Source: Eledone cirrhosa (lineage: Eukaryota). From it: a DNA stretch of 64,000 nt. The DNA lies in contig OZ024760.1 in the NCBI GenBank assembly GCA_964016885.1, positions 4,526,001 through 4,590,000 on the forward strand, in the 5' to 3' direction. The translations under genes were made by a program, and so were the position numbers. Shown in pieces: positions 12,102-26,500 of this stretch; the stretch's first letter is position 1, and each line of letters begins with the position of its first letter. Below the pieces are notes generated by a model that had not been told where the DNA came from, did no database searches, and worked only from the letters and a program-made list of their open reading frames with translations.

Positions 12102-15100
12102 CGACCTCAAAAGGACAAAAGGCAATTTGTACTCAGAGAGCCAGAATGAATGCCATAAAGCATTCTATTCAACGTTCTAATGACTCTGCCAATTCGCCAC
12201 CTATAACCCTTTCATGACCATATTTCAAATAAAAGATCTTGCCTATAATTTTGACCACAATAACCAATAATTGTACCTGCTTCCGTGTTTCAAATTCTGC
12301 TGCTGACAACTTTGCATTGATGGGAAGGGTCTTCACAGGGACACTGAATTTACCAATCTGGGGTTGTTGGTATTCATTGAAGAAGTAAATCTGGGTCCAG
12401 CCCCGAGTATAGAGACTGTTTCGTTCCGCTGGTTGATTGGTTGTCATGGCAACCTGAACTTCCACCACAACTGACAGTTTAGAGCTGTAAATTTTTCTAG
12501 AAAGAAAATATATTGATAGTTAGTCAGTTGTGATTTCATATAACAAAAGAATGAGCTCTTGATATATAAACAAAGTATTTTATATATTTTAACCATTTAG
12601 CATTTAAACTGGCCATATCCAGCTAGAATTCTCTCACCTCTTTCTGTTCAAATTAACTAACCCGCTACTCATACTGATGTTAAGGTATTGTTCTCAAAAT
12701 AAATATCAAAATTTCATAGATTCGATATTATGTGAGGTAAAGCCTTTACTGCGAAAATATAACAGTAAATATGGAGTAATATAAATGCAAAGGGTTAATA
12801 CATATTGTCTGTATGGTCCTATAACTCCCAAGGGAGTTGTAGGGGTTTCATAATGACAATAGGGGAAAGAATATGAAGGAGGAGGGAGATGAAAACAGCA
12901 ATGATAATGGTGTTGGTAGGAAGAAACAATACTGTATGTATGGAGAGGAAAAACAAACCATAAACCAACTACACAAAGATCTAAAGCTAACCAACCTCGG
13001 AACAAATTGCTTGTTCCCAAATGTCGCAAATCCTTGGTATTTGATGTTGTCGTTCTGCTGATCTTGCCATTTGTTGCGGTAATCACAGACCACTGTTGGG
13101 GACATTGTGAGGTCTTCCTGTACAATTGCTGAACTGGTACCATTAAACCAGTGTAAGAGCAGTCTGCAGACAGTAACCTCTTCTGGTAGGCCATCAATGT
13201 AATTGTATTGAATATACAGACTGTCTCTGCAAAATAGTGAGCAAGAAAGAGGATTGTTATTCAAATACTGAATGAAAGATTTAGAGATACAGTAAATTTA
13301 TTCAATCCATTAACCCTTTAGCATTTAAACCAGCCATATACGGCCAGAATTATCTCACCTCTTTCAGTTCAAACTGGCTGGTCACACGACCAGCTAGAAA
13401 TAGCAACCAATGCTCCCTTAAATCACCTCCTACTGTCTTAACTATGGAGAAGATACATTAAATAATTTGAGGTTTATATGAAGACTTATATTTACATCTC
13501 GCTATGATTGCTTTAAGCTGTTATGTCACAGCTTTAGCATTTAAACTGGCCAGAATTCTCTCACCCCTTTCTGTTCCAACCAGCTGTAACCGGCCGTTCA
13601 TATCAAAATTTCATAGATTTGATATGTGAGGTAAAGCCATTACTGCAAAAATACAATAGTATATATAATGTAATGTAAATGCTAAAGGGTTAATGTACTG
13701 TGACTATCCAGTCAGCATTACACTGTGTTAATTTATCCAGTTGACATTGACACAATGTGTTAATCTATCTATTCGGTATTTACACACTGCTTCAATCTAC
13801 CTAGTCCGCTTACTACACATTGTGTTGATCTATACAGAGAGCTTTCTAGTGCTGTTTATGACAGTGGGGTGGCTAGCCTAGCTGAGTGGAAGAACCCCTT
13901 GATCGTCATCAAGCAATCACACGTTGCCTTTAGAGTATCTCAAACTGCTCAACCTCAAAGAAATGACACAAAGGAAGGAAAGCTGTGCAGGAAAGGACCT
14001 GTTCAAGCTATGGAAGAGTGAATGTAAAATGATGAATGATAAGGATGCATAAAGAAGCCATATTTGAATGAATAATACCTGCTTGACTGACCACTGGAGA
14101 TGGACCGCTTTTCTTTGCTTGGCTTCACAACCTGTTTGTTGTAAAAAGACAAAACTCTATGATCATATTAGCGTTGGTGGTTGTGGTGATATTATGTGTA
14201 AAATAAAGGTACACACCACTACTACCATAAATTCGGTATCCAGCAAGAATTCTCTCACTTCTTTTTGTTCAAACTGACTGTAATCAGTCACTCATACTTA
14301 TGTTAAGGTATTGTTCTCAAAACAAATAATATCAAAATCTCATAGATTCGATATTATGTGAGGTAAAGCCTTTACCGTGAAAATACAATAGTAAATATAG
14401 ATTTAATTGATCCCCAGTGCGTTACTGATACTTTATTTTATCAACCCCCGTAAGGATGAAGGGCAAAGCTAAACTCAGAACATAAAGGGCCGTAATTATA
14501 TGCCACAAAGCATGTCTGATGCTCAACCGATACTACCAATCCATGGCCCTTATAATAATCATCATCATCATCATCACCGTTTTACGTCCGGTCTTCCGCG
14601 CTAGCATGGGTTAGATGGGTTGTCCTGTTGTGGGCAGTGTCCGGTCGGCTGACCATGTCTTGCTCATACGGGAACTGATTCTGGCTTGGTTTCTACAGCT
14701 GGATGCCCTTCCTAACACCAACCTCATTTACAGTGAGTGCTGGGTGCTTTTTGCCATGTCACCTACACGACCACTTTACAGTGTAGGCTGGGTGCTTTTT
14801 TTTTTGCCATGGCACCTCCACGACCACTTTACAGTGGGAGGGTGTGGGGTATTACTATTGGCACAAGGCCAACAATTTGGAGTGAGAGGGGGGGGGAGTT
14901 GATTAAATTGACCCCAGTGTATTACTGCTGCTTTATTTTATCGACCCTGTAAGGATGAAAGACAAAGCTAACTTAGGCATGATTTTTAACTCAGAACGTA
15001 AAGGGACGTAACTCTGCCACGAAGCAGGGTGTCTGATGCTCTACTGATACTGCCAATCCACCGTGTTATGATAATGTTACTTACTGGCTGATCCGATTGG

Positions 15101-17750
15101 TTCCTGGACACAATCTTATCCAAGTCACGTTGATGTTTTTCTAGTTCTTTCTGTTGTTGAATGATTTCAGTTTTTTGCTGAAGAAGCAATAGGTTCTTTC
15201 GATGATCTTTCTCCATTGCTTCGATATCATCTTTGTGAATTGTTGTTGGGGTTGTTAGGAAATAAATTAATAATAATCGGCAAATAATATATATTATTAT
15301 TATATATGTTGTTGTACTAATGTATAATGTATTGTTCTCAAAACAAATATCAAAATTTCATAGATTCCATATTATATGAGATAATTATGTGAGGTAAAGC
15401 CTTTACTGTGAAAATACAATAGTAAATATAGAGTAATGTAAATGCTAAAGGTTTAATAAGGGTGGAAAGAGCAGTGTTCATGTCCCTTTTCAGAGTCTTT
15501 AACACAAGTTCTAAGGAGGAATTTAACCTCCAGCTGAAGACCTGCTCCAGATTCTTGCAACATTGTGTATTCCACCAGGAAGCACCCAAGGGCCAGCGTG
15601 TGTTAAACTGGGTGACAGATTAAATCTATCATCCAAGTACATCACAGTGGAATATTGTAAACCCAGAATACAAGGAATCAAAGCAAATTCTGCTGAGGTC
15701 AACTTTACCTTTCATCCTTTTAGGACTGATAAAATAAAATTCCAGTCCAGGATAGTGGTTTGGAAGAATGGATGGAGTGTTTGACAAGATGTTTTACAGT
15801 TGGTCTCGTTTGGAGATCCAGCCGAATCAATTAGAGACAGTTGCTTCTGACAGGACCCGCTAGGAGTGTTTGAGGACTCTGCCCCAACAACTCTCTCAGG
15901 AATAAGTGGGTGAAGAAGAGAAGAACCACTACTCGACAGAAACTAGATATTAAGGGCAATTGAGAGGAGATTTATTTATTATCCACTTCATAAAATAAAG
16001 CCACATCTAGACAATGGCTAAAGACTAAGCAGGTGTTTGATTCTTTTAAACCAGAGGTTCTCAAAGTGAACTACTTCCCTCTGGGGGATGTTGAGAAGGT
16101 CCAAGGGATGCTAAGACTTAAGGGGGCGGTAGAGATGATATAATAGTATATTAAATATCAAATGATACATATGTATAAATGTAGTAAAATAATAAATATA
16201 TAATATATATTTATACATACTATTTATTATATATAAATTAACGATTTTATTTATTATATGTTATTTGAAATTTGTGTGTAGACAGGTCTCTCTGGAAATA
16301 GGGTTGGGGGCGCTGAGGGTAATACGTGGCTGTAGCATGAAAAGAAATATAAAAATTGAAACAAAGATAAATCCTCCAAGAAATTTCATTTAACCCTTTA
16401 GCATGTAAACCGGCCATATCCAGCCAGAATTCTCTCACCCCTTTCTGTTTAAACTGGCTGTAACTGGCTGCTCATACTGATGTTAAGATATTGTTCTCAA
16501 AATAAATACCATCAAAATCTCATAAATTATCATATATATTATGTGAGGTAAAGCCTTTACCACAAAAGTACAATAGTATATATATAGAGAGTAATCTATA
16601 TATATATAAAATTTTAGTTCTTGTCTGTTTGTTTGTTCACGAACTCCTCCTATGGTTTTGGAGATACACCCCTATAACCATATATATTCTGAAACTACAT
16701 TGCCCAGGGTACTTGGATAAGTATATTTCATTTTAATCAAAGGGTTCCCCGGGACCACAAAGCCCCGCTGAAAATGTTTTCTCTTCGATGTATATGAAAT
16801 TTAAACCATAGGTAAATGACAAGACATGATGCCTATTCACAAAATTTCAGCAAATTTCAATAATATTAAGACACACGACCGTGACTTCTGGCGTCACGCA
16901 GTAATACAGGGTACCCGACCTCCCATGGGTACATGCTGAAGCATATAAACAATATGCCCCCCCCCCCCCCCCCCCCCCACCGCAAGGTGGCTGTGGAGGT
17001 GCCACGGCAAAAAAGCACCCAGCCCACACTGTAAAGTGGACGTGTAGGCGCCACGAAAAAGCACCCAGCACTCACTGTAAATGAGGTTGGTGTTAGGAAG
17101 GGCATCCAGCTGTAGAAATCAAGCCAGATCAGTTCCTGTATGAGCAAGGCATGGTCAGCCGACCAGACACTGCCCACAACAGGACAACCCGTCTAACCCA
17201 TGCTAGCGTGGAAGAACGGACGTAAAACGGTGATGATGATGATGATGATGATGACACCCTAATGGGGGTTAAACCCCCTATAGTGAAAATTTTGGAAGCC
17301 GTAACTTGAATATTGGAACCTCTATTATCACGGGGTTTTTCTATTAATTAAACGTAAATCAACAAAAAAAGCACCCCTCTTTTATAGTAAAATTTGGCTA
17401 ATTTAGACATTTTATCTATGGCAAAACATCACTAGAATTATAACAACAAAAATTATTAGTTAATGCCTCTACTTTTTTAACATTTTCCCTTTATTTTTTC
17501 TCCATAAATTATATCACGGATTTAAAATCAATCATCATTTTCTTACAAAAGAAATGTGTGGAACGCAGCAAGGCGCGGGTAATTCGGTTAGTGTAAATAT
17601 AAAATCTGGAATTCTTACCATCAGTCTGTGTATGCTTTACAAAATCACTGATTTGAAGCTGCAGCTTGTTTAATTCTGAAAGAAGCTGTTCATGTTTTAC
17701 TTCCATGTCACCAAGTTGTTGGTTCAATGTTGACGGTACACTGTCTAGAG

Positions 17751-17781
<31 letters not shown>

Positions 17782-19743
17782 ATATATAGTGTAGATATGT
17801 ATATATATATATATAGTGTAGATATGTATATATATAATGTATATATATGTATGTTTATATATAGTGTATATATATATAATGTTTATGTATGTTTATATGT
17901 ATATATATATAGTGTATATATGTATATATATATATAATGTATATGTATATATAATGTATATGTATATATATGTATGTTTATATATAGTGTATATATATAT
18001 ATATATAATATATATGTATGTGTATATATATATGTATGTGTATATATATAATGTATATGTATGTGTATATATATATAATCTATATGTATGTTTATATATA
18101 TATGTGCCTTTGTAGTATGAAATAATGAATACTCAATTTATGAACATAGAGGTAATTTGTATATTAATATAAATACTCGGGCATTCATATAGTGACATCA
18201 GGGCACCAAGAAGCTAACTATGAATCCAATACTCCTGCAGAACCTTCCCAGCAGGTCCCATGGAATGCGGTCATATGCCTTTTTGAGGTCTTCCAAAGCA
18301 AGAATACACCTCTTAGCAGTACTCACATGATTTCTCAAAGACCTGCTGCAATGTGAATATTTGGTCAGCTGTGCTGCATCTGGGGTGAAAACCAGACTGT
18401 TCATCAGAAAGCAGAATTCTCTCACTTCTTACTGTTGAAACTGGCCATAACCGGCTGCTCATACTGATGTTAAGGTATTTTCAATATAAATAATATCAAA
18501 ATCTCAGATATATATTATGTGATATAATTATGTAAGATAAAGCCTTTATCATGAAAATACAGAGAGTAATGTGAATGCTAAAGGGTTTGTGGAATGCTCA
18601 GCCACTTATATGTAAATTTCATGAGCACTTGTTCTATTCTAGTGAAGGTGAATGGCTGAGTGGTTAGATCGTGAGTTGCGAGTTCGATTCTTGGATGTGT
18701 TATGTCCTTGAGCAAGACACTTCATTTCACGTTGCTCTTTCTGCCAGGAGTTGCAACCGGTAGATAGTATCGCTAATGCAAACATTGTTTCTTTGGTTTG
18801 ATTTGATTTGTTTTGACGAGTTTCATCCCACTCGGTAAGCAAATGTGGTCTGGAAACTTGTCGATTGATTTGATCGATGTCTAACTGATCAAATAACTGG
18901 AACACTGATTATCAGGGCTGACAGGAGTCCATTCCATTCCATTGTAACAGTTACAATGTCAGGGAAAAACTCTGAGATATACTACCCCCTCCCTTTCTTT
19001 GATACTATGAAAACGTTCCTTAACCCTTTAGTGTTCAAACCGCCCAAAACCGGCCAGAATTCTCTACCTCTTTCTGCTGAAACTGGTCGCTCAAACTGGT
19101 GTTAAGGTATTGTTTTCAAAATAAATACTTTCAAAATCTCAGATTCGATATTATGTGAGTTAAAGCCTTTACCATTAAAATATAATAGTATATATAAATA
19201 ATTGTTTCTACTTTTGGCACAAGGCCAGCAATTATCAGTACATTACTGGTACTTTATTTTATCGACCTCGTAAGGATGAAAGGCAAAGTTAACCTTGGCG
19301 GGATTTGAACTCATATTGTAAAGGGACGTGAATGCTAAAGGGTTAAAGAAAATTTACCTCTCTTCAATGGTGGCTGTCTTGTTGTGTCTTGAAGAATTCT
19401 TTCCTGTTCATATTGTCTCATAGCTGTTAAATATATACATATATATGTATGTGTATATATATATATATATATATATGTACGGTAAACATTGATGCAATTC
19501 AGTTCAAGCACTCAACTTCCACATAGGAATGACGAAGTATATTTAGAATAAGAAAATGCAAAGTAGTTTCAGATGTTAAAGTCCTTTATTGATAAGGCTG
19601 TGATAGATATTTCGATGATGACAGTGGCCACGCGATCACACGAACCCAGTGAAATGACAAGGGATCGGGCAAAGGTGATGTTCTTGAAGCCTTCACTCAA
19701 AGGACTTTAACATCTGAAACTATACATTTTCTTATTCTTATTC

Positions 19744-19784
<41 letters not shown>

Positions 19785-20534
19785 GGGATTTTACTGAATA
19801 CTATACCAACTCTGTACCTAATTGAGTACGACCCTGATCTGTGATCTGCATATTGCAACCACTTCTTATATAATAGGTATATAAATATAGGCATGGAGGT
19901 GCAGTTAAGGATAAGAGCAGGCATGGCTGTGTTGTTAAGAAGTTTGCTTTGCAACCACATGGATGCAAGTTCACTACCACTGTATGGCTCCTTGGGCAAG
20001 TGCCCTCTAATATAGCCAGAAGTTGACCAATGCCTTGTAAGTAAAATTTAATAGACTAGGATTTTTTTCAACACGCTGACGTGTGTGTGTGTCTATATGT
20101 ATGGGTATTGAAATATAAACACCCAAACACAGACACACTTACAAAAGTGCATTCACACAAACGTTCACGCAAACACACATACATACATAAAAAAAAACAT
20201 ATATATGAACCCAAAGAGGGACACTGAATATCCTATGCTAGCCCCTCTCTCACCTAAAACAAAACCCTCTTCCTTGAATTTTGAGAAGAGGTACATCGAT
20301 GAATGTTGTCATTGGACCTTTATTAAGTGGCCTTTGTTCTCTGGTGTGATTACAGAAGATTGATCTTAAAAGAGATATGAAACCAATAACTGAATAAAAG
20401 AAGATATTTGTAAAGGGAGAGAACTACTTTACCTTGCAGTCTTGCTTCCATTTCTAACTTCTGCATCTGAGACAAAACATCAGCTCTTTGACCTCCATTC
20501 CTCACATATTCATCTTTTAGGTTTCTGCCAATAT

Positions 20535-20579
<45 letters not shown>

Positions 20580-23500
20580 CATATATATATCATCATCATC
20601 GTTTTACGTCCGTTGCTCCACGCTAGCATGGGTTAGACGGGTTGTCCTGTTGTGGGCAGTGTCCAGTCAGCTGACCTTGTCTTGCTCATATAGGAACTGA
20701 TTCTGGCTTGATTTCTACAGCTGGATGCCCTTCCTAACACCAACCTCATTTACAGTGAGTACTGGGTGCTTTTTTGCCGTGGCACCTCCACGACCACTTT
20801 GCAGTGGGAGGGGATGGGGGCATGTTGTTTATATGCTTTAGCTTCGGCTTGTCCCTGGGGGGGGGGTCTTCTGTGTTACTGCGTGACGCCAGAGGTCACG
20901 GTCGTGTGTCATTGCTCTTGAGAGGTGCAATTGGGTATGGGTAAGGTCGGCCTTTATCACCTCATCCCAGGTCTTCTTGGGTCTCCCCACTCCACAGCTT
21001 CCATCGACTTCTAGTGCTCTCAACTTTTTATGCAGCTGTCATCCTTCATATGCATCACATGTCCATACCAACGTCACCTCCTCTCCTGCACACAACATTT
21101 GATTCCTCTGATGCTCAGTCTCTCTCTCAATTCGTTTATACTTTGCTGTTCACGTATATTACTATTACACATTCATTGGAGCATGGAGAGATGCTGCGCT
21201 GAATAGGACCCGTCCAACCCTTGCAAGCAGGGAAAAGCGGATGTAAAATGATGATGATATATATATATATATATGTATGTAAAAGGTAAACAGAAATAAC
21301 AACACAACACACACATCTATATACACATATGTGTATAGACTGCCTGTTCCCCTGCACAGACACAGTCCACCATCTATTTCCTCCAAAAATTCTTTATATC
21401 AGATAACTCTGATAACCTTAGCTGCTCTATCATCAGTTATTTCAAACATTTACTTCTAAATACCTTGATGTGATTTGTCAACACTTTGTCCTTCCACATT
21501 CATACTCTAATTACTGTATTTCGTGTCCTTGAAGGTGCTTCGCCCACGAGGACGCACCCCAATGTTGTCAACGAAAAATTTGGGAACTTTAAAATAAGTC
21601 TTTTTTTTTTTTTTTATTAATATTTGCTGGTAAACCCTTTTAACATACTGCAATTTTACGTCTTTTGTCACTTAACTCTTTAGCATTTAAACTGGCCAGA
21701 ATTCTCTCACCTCTTTCTGTTCAAACTGGTTGTAACCAGCTGCTTATACTGATGTTAAGGTATTGTTCTCAAAATAAATAACATCAAAATTTCATAGATT
21801 TGAAATTATGTGAGTTAATTTATGTAAGATAAAGATAAAGCCTTTATCACAAAAATACAATAGTATATATAGACTAATGTAAATATATAGCTAAAGGGTT
21901 AATAATGTTCTCTTAAAATCAGGTTAATTGAAGAGAATGAAAATACACAGCATGTATAAACATCTCTCGTCAGTTGCCTCGTCTACCATACTCTGCCCAT
22001 ATGGGGATGAATTTTTGTGTTTGCGTATGTTTTAAAAATTTTTTATGATGCTTTTATTTATTTAATATTGTAACTAAGTATAATTTATCCACTTCATTGA
22101 GAGGCCATATACAGGAGTTCAGATTACTGTCTAACATAGATAATTTTCCTCTGGGGTTAGGATATGCCTATGAGAAATACAACCTTCGGCCTCCAAGGTG
22201 CATGGTAGATTTTTGAGATTTATCTTTGTCGCTGAGAACAACGGTACCTCCACCTCCTCTTTTGAGAATAAAAGTGCATCTTATAAGATGTCAATTACAA
22301 TATATATACATATTTATATATACTTAGACTGGTGATTATAACTGCAGCTGCAACACTCACTTAATGTGTTGGTACAGAGTCTCATCTGCTTTCAGCATCT
22401 TCCTTTCATCTCTAAAGGGGGAAAAATACATTTTCAGTGTTGGTAAAATAACACAACATTCAAGTAACTAGAATACATTTAAACCAGTCGTATCCAGCCA
22501 GAATTCTCTCACCTCTTTCTGTTCAAACCAGCCGTAACTGGCCACTCATACTGATGTTACGGTTTTGTTCTTAAAATAAATAACATCAAAATTTCATAAT
22601 TTCAATATTATGTGAGATAAAGCCTTTACCACAGAAATCTAAAAAAAAGTCTAAAGTCTGTCTTAAGCCAGAAGGCTCATTTGGCTGGTGCTTATCCCGG
22701 TTTCATGGCGTGAAGCAACTGAGAGCACAAGACACCCCCTGGACAGGAGGCCAGTCCGTCGCAGGGTTAAACCCCCAGCTGTTGCTGGTACTCATTTTTA
22801 GCTTAGTATAATGGAGCAACATGAAATGAAATGTTTTGCTCAAGAACACAACATGCAGCTCATGACATTATGATCATAATTTCAACACCTTTACCTCTAG
22901 GCCATATGACTCCACAAAAGTACAATAGTAAATATAGAGTAATATAAATGCTAAAGGGTTAAACCGGCCATATCCAGCCAGAATTCTGTCACCTCTTTCT
23001 TTTCAAACCGGCCATAACTGGCCGCTCATACTGATGTTGAAGTTTCTAATCGACTTTCCCCTCCCCCAAAATTGTTGAATTTGTGTCTAAATTAGAAACC
23101 ATTGTTATTAGGGTGGTGTATAGGCAGTATTGATAGAGCATCAGACAACATACTTTGCAGCATAGAGTTACAGACCTTTATGTTGTCAGTTCAAATTCCA
23201 ACAAGGTTAGCTTTGCCTTTCATCCTTACAGGATTGATAAAATAAAGTACCAGTAACGCACTGGGGTTGATTTAACCAATTTTTCCCTTCACCAAAATTG
23301 TTGGCCTTGTGCCTAAAGTAGAAACGATTATTATTATTATTATTATCCTGTATGGAAGCTCTAGCTGGATCATTCCTCTACCTCCATTTTGTCTAGGATG
23401 ATAGAGATAATCCACATTATTATCATTGAGCTACTACCTCTGTTGATGACAAAAGGTCTCTCTCTACAAAGAAGAGGCCAGCTGTGTGATGTTGTATGGC

Positions 23501-26500
23501 AGTGAGACATGGGCAGTAAATGCAGAGGACTGGAGAGAAATGAAGCATGCTTCGATGGATGTACTGAATATAAGAGGAATCAGCTGCATTAACCCTTTAG
23601 CATTTACATTACTCTATATTTACTATTGTATTTTCATGTTAACCCTTTAGCATTTAAACTGGCTATATCCGGCCAGAATTCTCTCACCTTTTTCTGTTCA
23701 AACTGGCTGTAACCAACCACTCATACTGATGATATGGTATTATTCTTAATATAGATAATATCAAAATTTCATAGATTCGATATTATGTGAGATAATTGTG
23801 GTTAGAAAAAGCCATCTCACTTACCGCTTTTCATAGGCGCCGCTAAACTCCACTGCAGGTTACTCCTCTTCCATGTGCGTCCAACTGCTTAACACCGGGA
23901 GCTGCCCAAAACTCGCGACCACACCGTTTGCTGGTCACCACTAGAGAGAGGCCCTCTGCATATGAAAGTCTGCTGTCCAGGTTGGTGGTCTACGACTTCG
24001 TTGCGATCTCCATAGTATTGGGGCTAATCGCTTCCAGTCGCGATCCACCGGGAGGCTTCCCGTTTCGTGTACACCCGGGGCGAGATCAATGGACTGACAT
24101 CGAACGCAGCCTCTAACCACCCCCCGAACACTGTGTCTGCTAACGTCCGAGTCGATTCTCCTGGCTAGGAACAGGCTCCTATCCACCCCCATGTGGTGCA
24201 TGTCATGCAACCCCTTCAGATCTGACTCGGTCAGCCGACACACGGCAGCTATCTCATCCTTTACCTCCTCCGGCGCTTCCATCCAGGCTTTCTTCACTCT
24301 AGTTAAGATGTCCGCCCTATTTTTCTCTGAGGGCACGAAAACTACGCTCAGCTTCAGGTTGAACTCAAGTTGAACTCAGCTCTCCTAACGTTCCCAGGCG
24401 GGGCTTTATCAGCATCTCCGCCGCGCCTCTCGTTCGCACTCTCTCTCACTGGTGAGCACTGATCTTACCCATCCGTGTACAGTAGCCGAGTCGGTGCGTA
24501 TCTCGATGGTGCGCAGCCCCCACCGCAGGGCGAGGTTCACCCCTCTCAACACCGCGTCCAGCTCAGCCACATTGATGTGGTTGCAGTCGTCCTTCTTTCT
24601 AAGCCAGGCTGCATCCTCGACCTCAACACCTATCTACAACGTGACACCCAGCGCTATGCTGCTGGCATCGCACCATACGGTCCCGCTCTGTGATTTGGGA
24701 ACATACCAGCGTCCCCGCACTTGGTCGTCGGCCTTCACCCTCCCCACGATCTCCTGCATCATGGCCACCGTCCTCTCTCCCACTCTGTCACTCCAAGTCA
24801 CCCCTCCCGCTCGTCTCTTGACATAGCTGCATGCCGTCCGGAGCCACCCAGCGATCGGGTAGTGACCCACCAGCTTTCCACACACCGAGAAAAGCTCCCG
24901 CCTACTCATACTTGGGCCCAGTTCCGGAACTTCGTTTCCCCTCTGGAATACCAAAACGCCCATCCTGTCTCACCGCAGCCTAAGTCCCAGCGCGGCTCCT
25001 CCCTCCAATGCTTCTGACGGCTTTGCAGTCAGTCCATACCTCCGTAAATGGCTCGTGACCTCCGCCGCCGACACCACCGACACCACCGACTCGTCCACTA
25101 GGACGTCGTCAATATAGGAGTTAGTAGCCCTCTTTATCTTGTCGGCACTCCCCAGAGCGGTCTTGAGGACCGCCGCCATGATCTTCGGTGCTGAGCTCAG
25201 CCCGAAACCGAGCCTGGTCAGGCAATATGTCCGGCCCTTATACCTGACCAGCTGATACCGCCAGAGCTTCTCATCTATATGTAACTGCAAGTAAGCCGAC
25301 TTTAGATCCACGATCGCTGAACCCCCCCGTCATGCGTCTCCACTCACGCAGGGTTTCCCCACAGACATCCGTGACCTCGCCACCTGTGTGGCATGACACG
25401 TGCTCGTTCAGCTCCCGATAGTCCAGCACCGGCCTCACCTTGCTCTTCGTGGGTTGCACCACCGCCATTAACGGCAATACTCCGCACTTCACCTCCTCCT
25501 TCCATGGAAGCAGTATGCCCTCTTCGATCCATCTCTCTACTTCTCGCTCGAACTCGCTCCTAGCGTTTCCCTTCAATGTGTGTTGATAGCAGCCCACTTT
25601 GGTCTTCAGTGTTGGTGGTTCTCCCTTCCAGTACCACTCAACAACCCATCACTGCCCATCAAACACGGCCTTGAAGTCTTTGTCCTGCACAGTGTAAGCG
25701 GGGTATTCCTCCTCGTGGGCCTTCTGGTTCTCATGACGTGCACTCACAGCGCATACCGATGCAGCGGCGCCAAACGACACACCGACATTGTTCACCATGA
25801 CACCCCCTAGACGGCCAATCGCGTCCATGCCCATAACCACGCCGATCCCATCCACCACACTGTCTACCACGATGGCGGATAGCCTTATCCTCCTTCCCCG
25901 TACCGCTATTTTCATCTCGCTGCGACCTCAGCATTCAATTTTCCTGCCGTCGACTGCCCTTACGCTGCTCTTCCCTCCCCACCTCTGCACCACCCCCGCG
26001 GTCACCAGTGTCGTCGTACAGCCCGTGTCCACGAGGGCTCGCTGTGGCTTCCCCCTCACGAAGACTTCCACCACGGGCAGCACCGCTACTCATAAGGGGC
26101 AGTAGTTCCCCTTGGATCGTTTCCCTGGTCGCAGTTAGTAGCGATGTGGGCTGGTCGCTTACACCAGTAGCAAATTATCTCCGGCTTCGACTCTCTACAG
26201 TCTCTAGCCATGGCACCGAAAACAGCGCCTTCTAAACGTTCGCGGGCGATCGCGTGCCGAGGTTGCCTCCCTTTCACCATTTCGCTGCCAGGTGTCCTGA
26301 GCCTCCGTAGTTTCTATCGCCGCAACACTCTTTTTGGCATCTTCCGCTATGATCCGGGCTTGTTCCACCAGTGAACGCATTTCCATCTCTTTATAACCCG
26401 GGACTTGCTGCAGTTTCACCGCTATGTCGTCTGGAAATCCATTGATGAACGCCAACCGCACCGTGCGTTCGCATTCCACCTGGTAACCGGCCAACATGGC

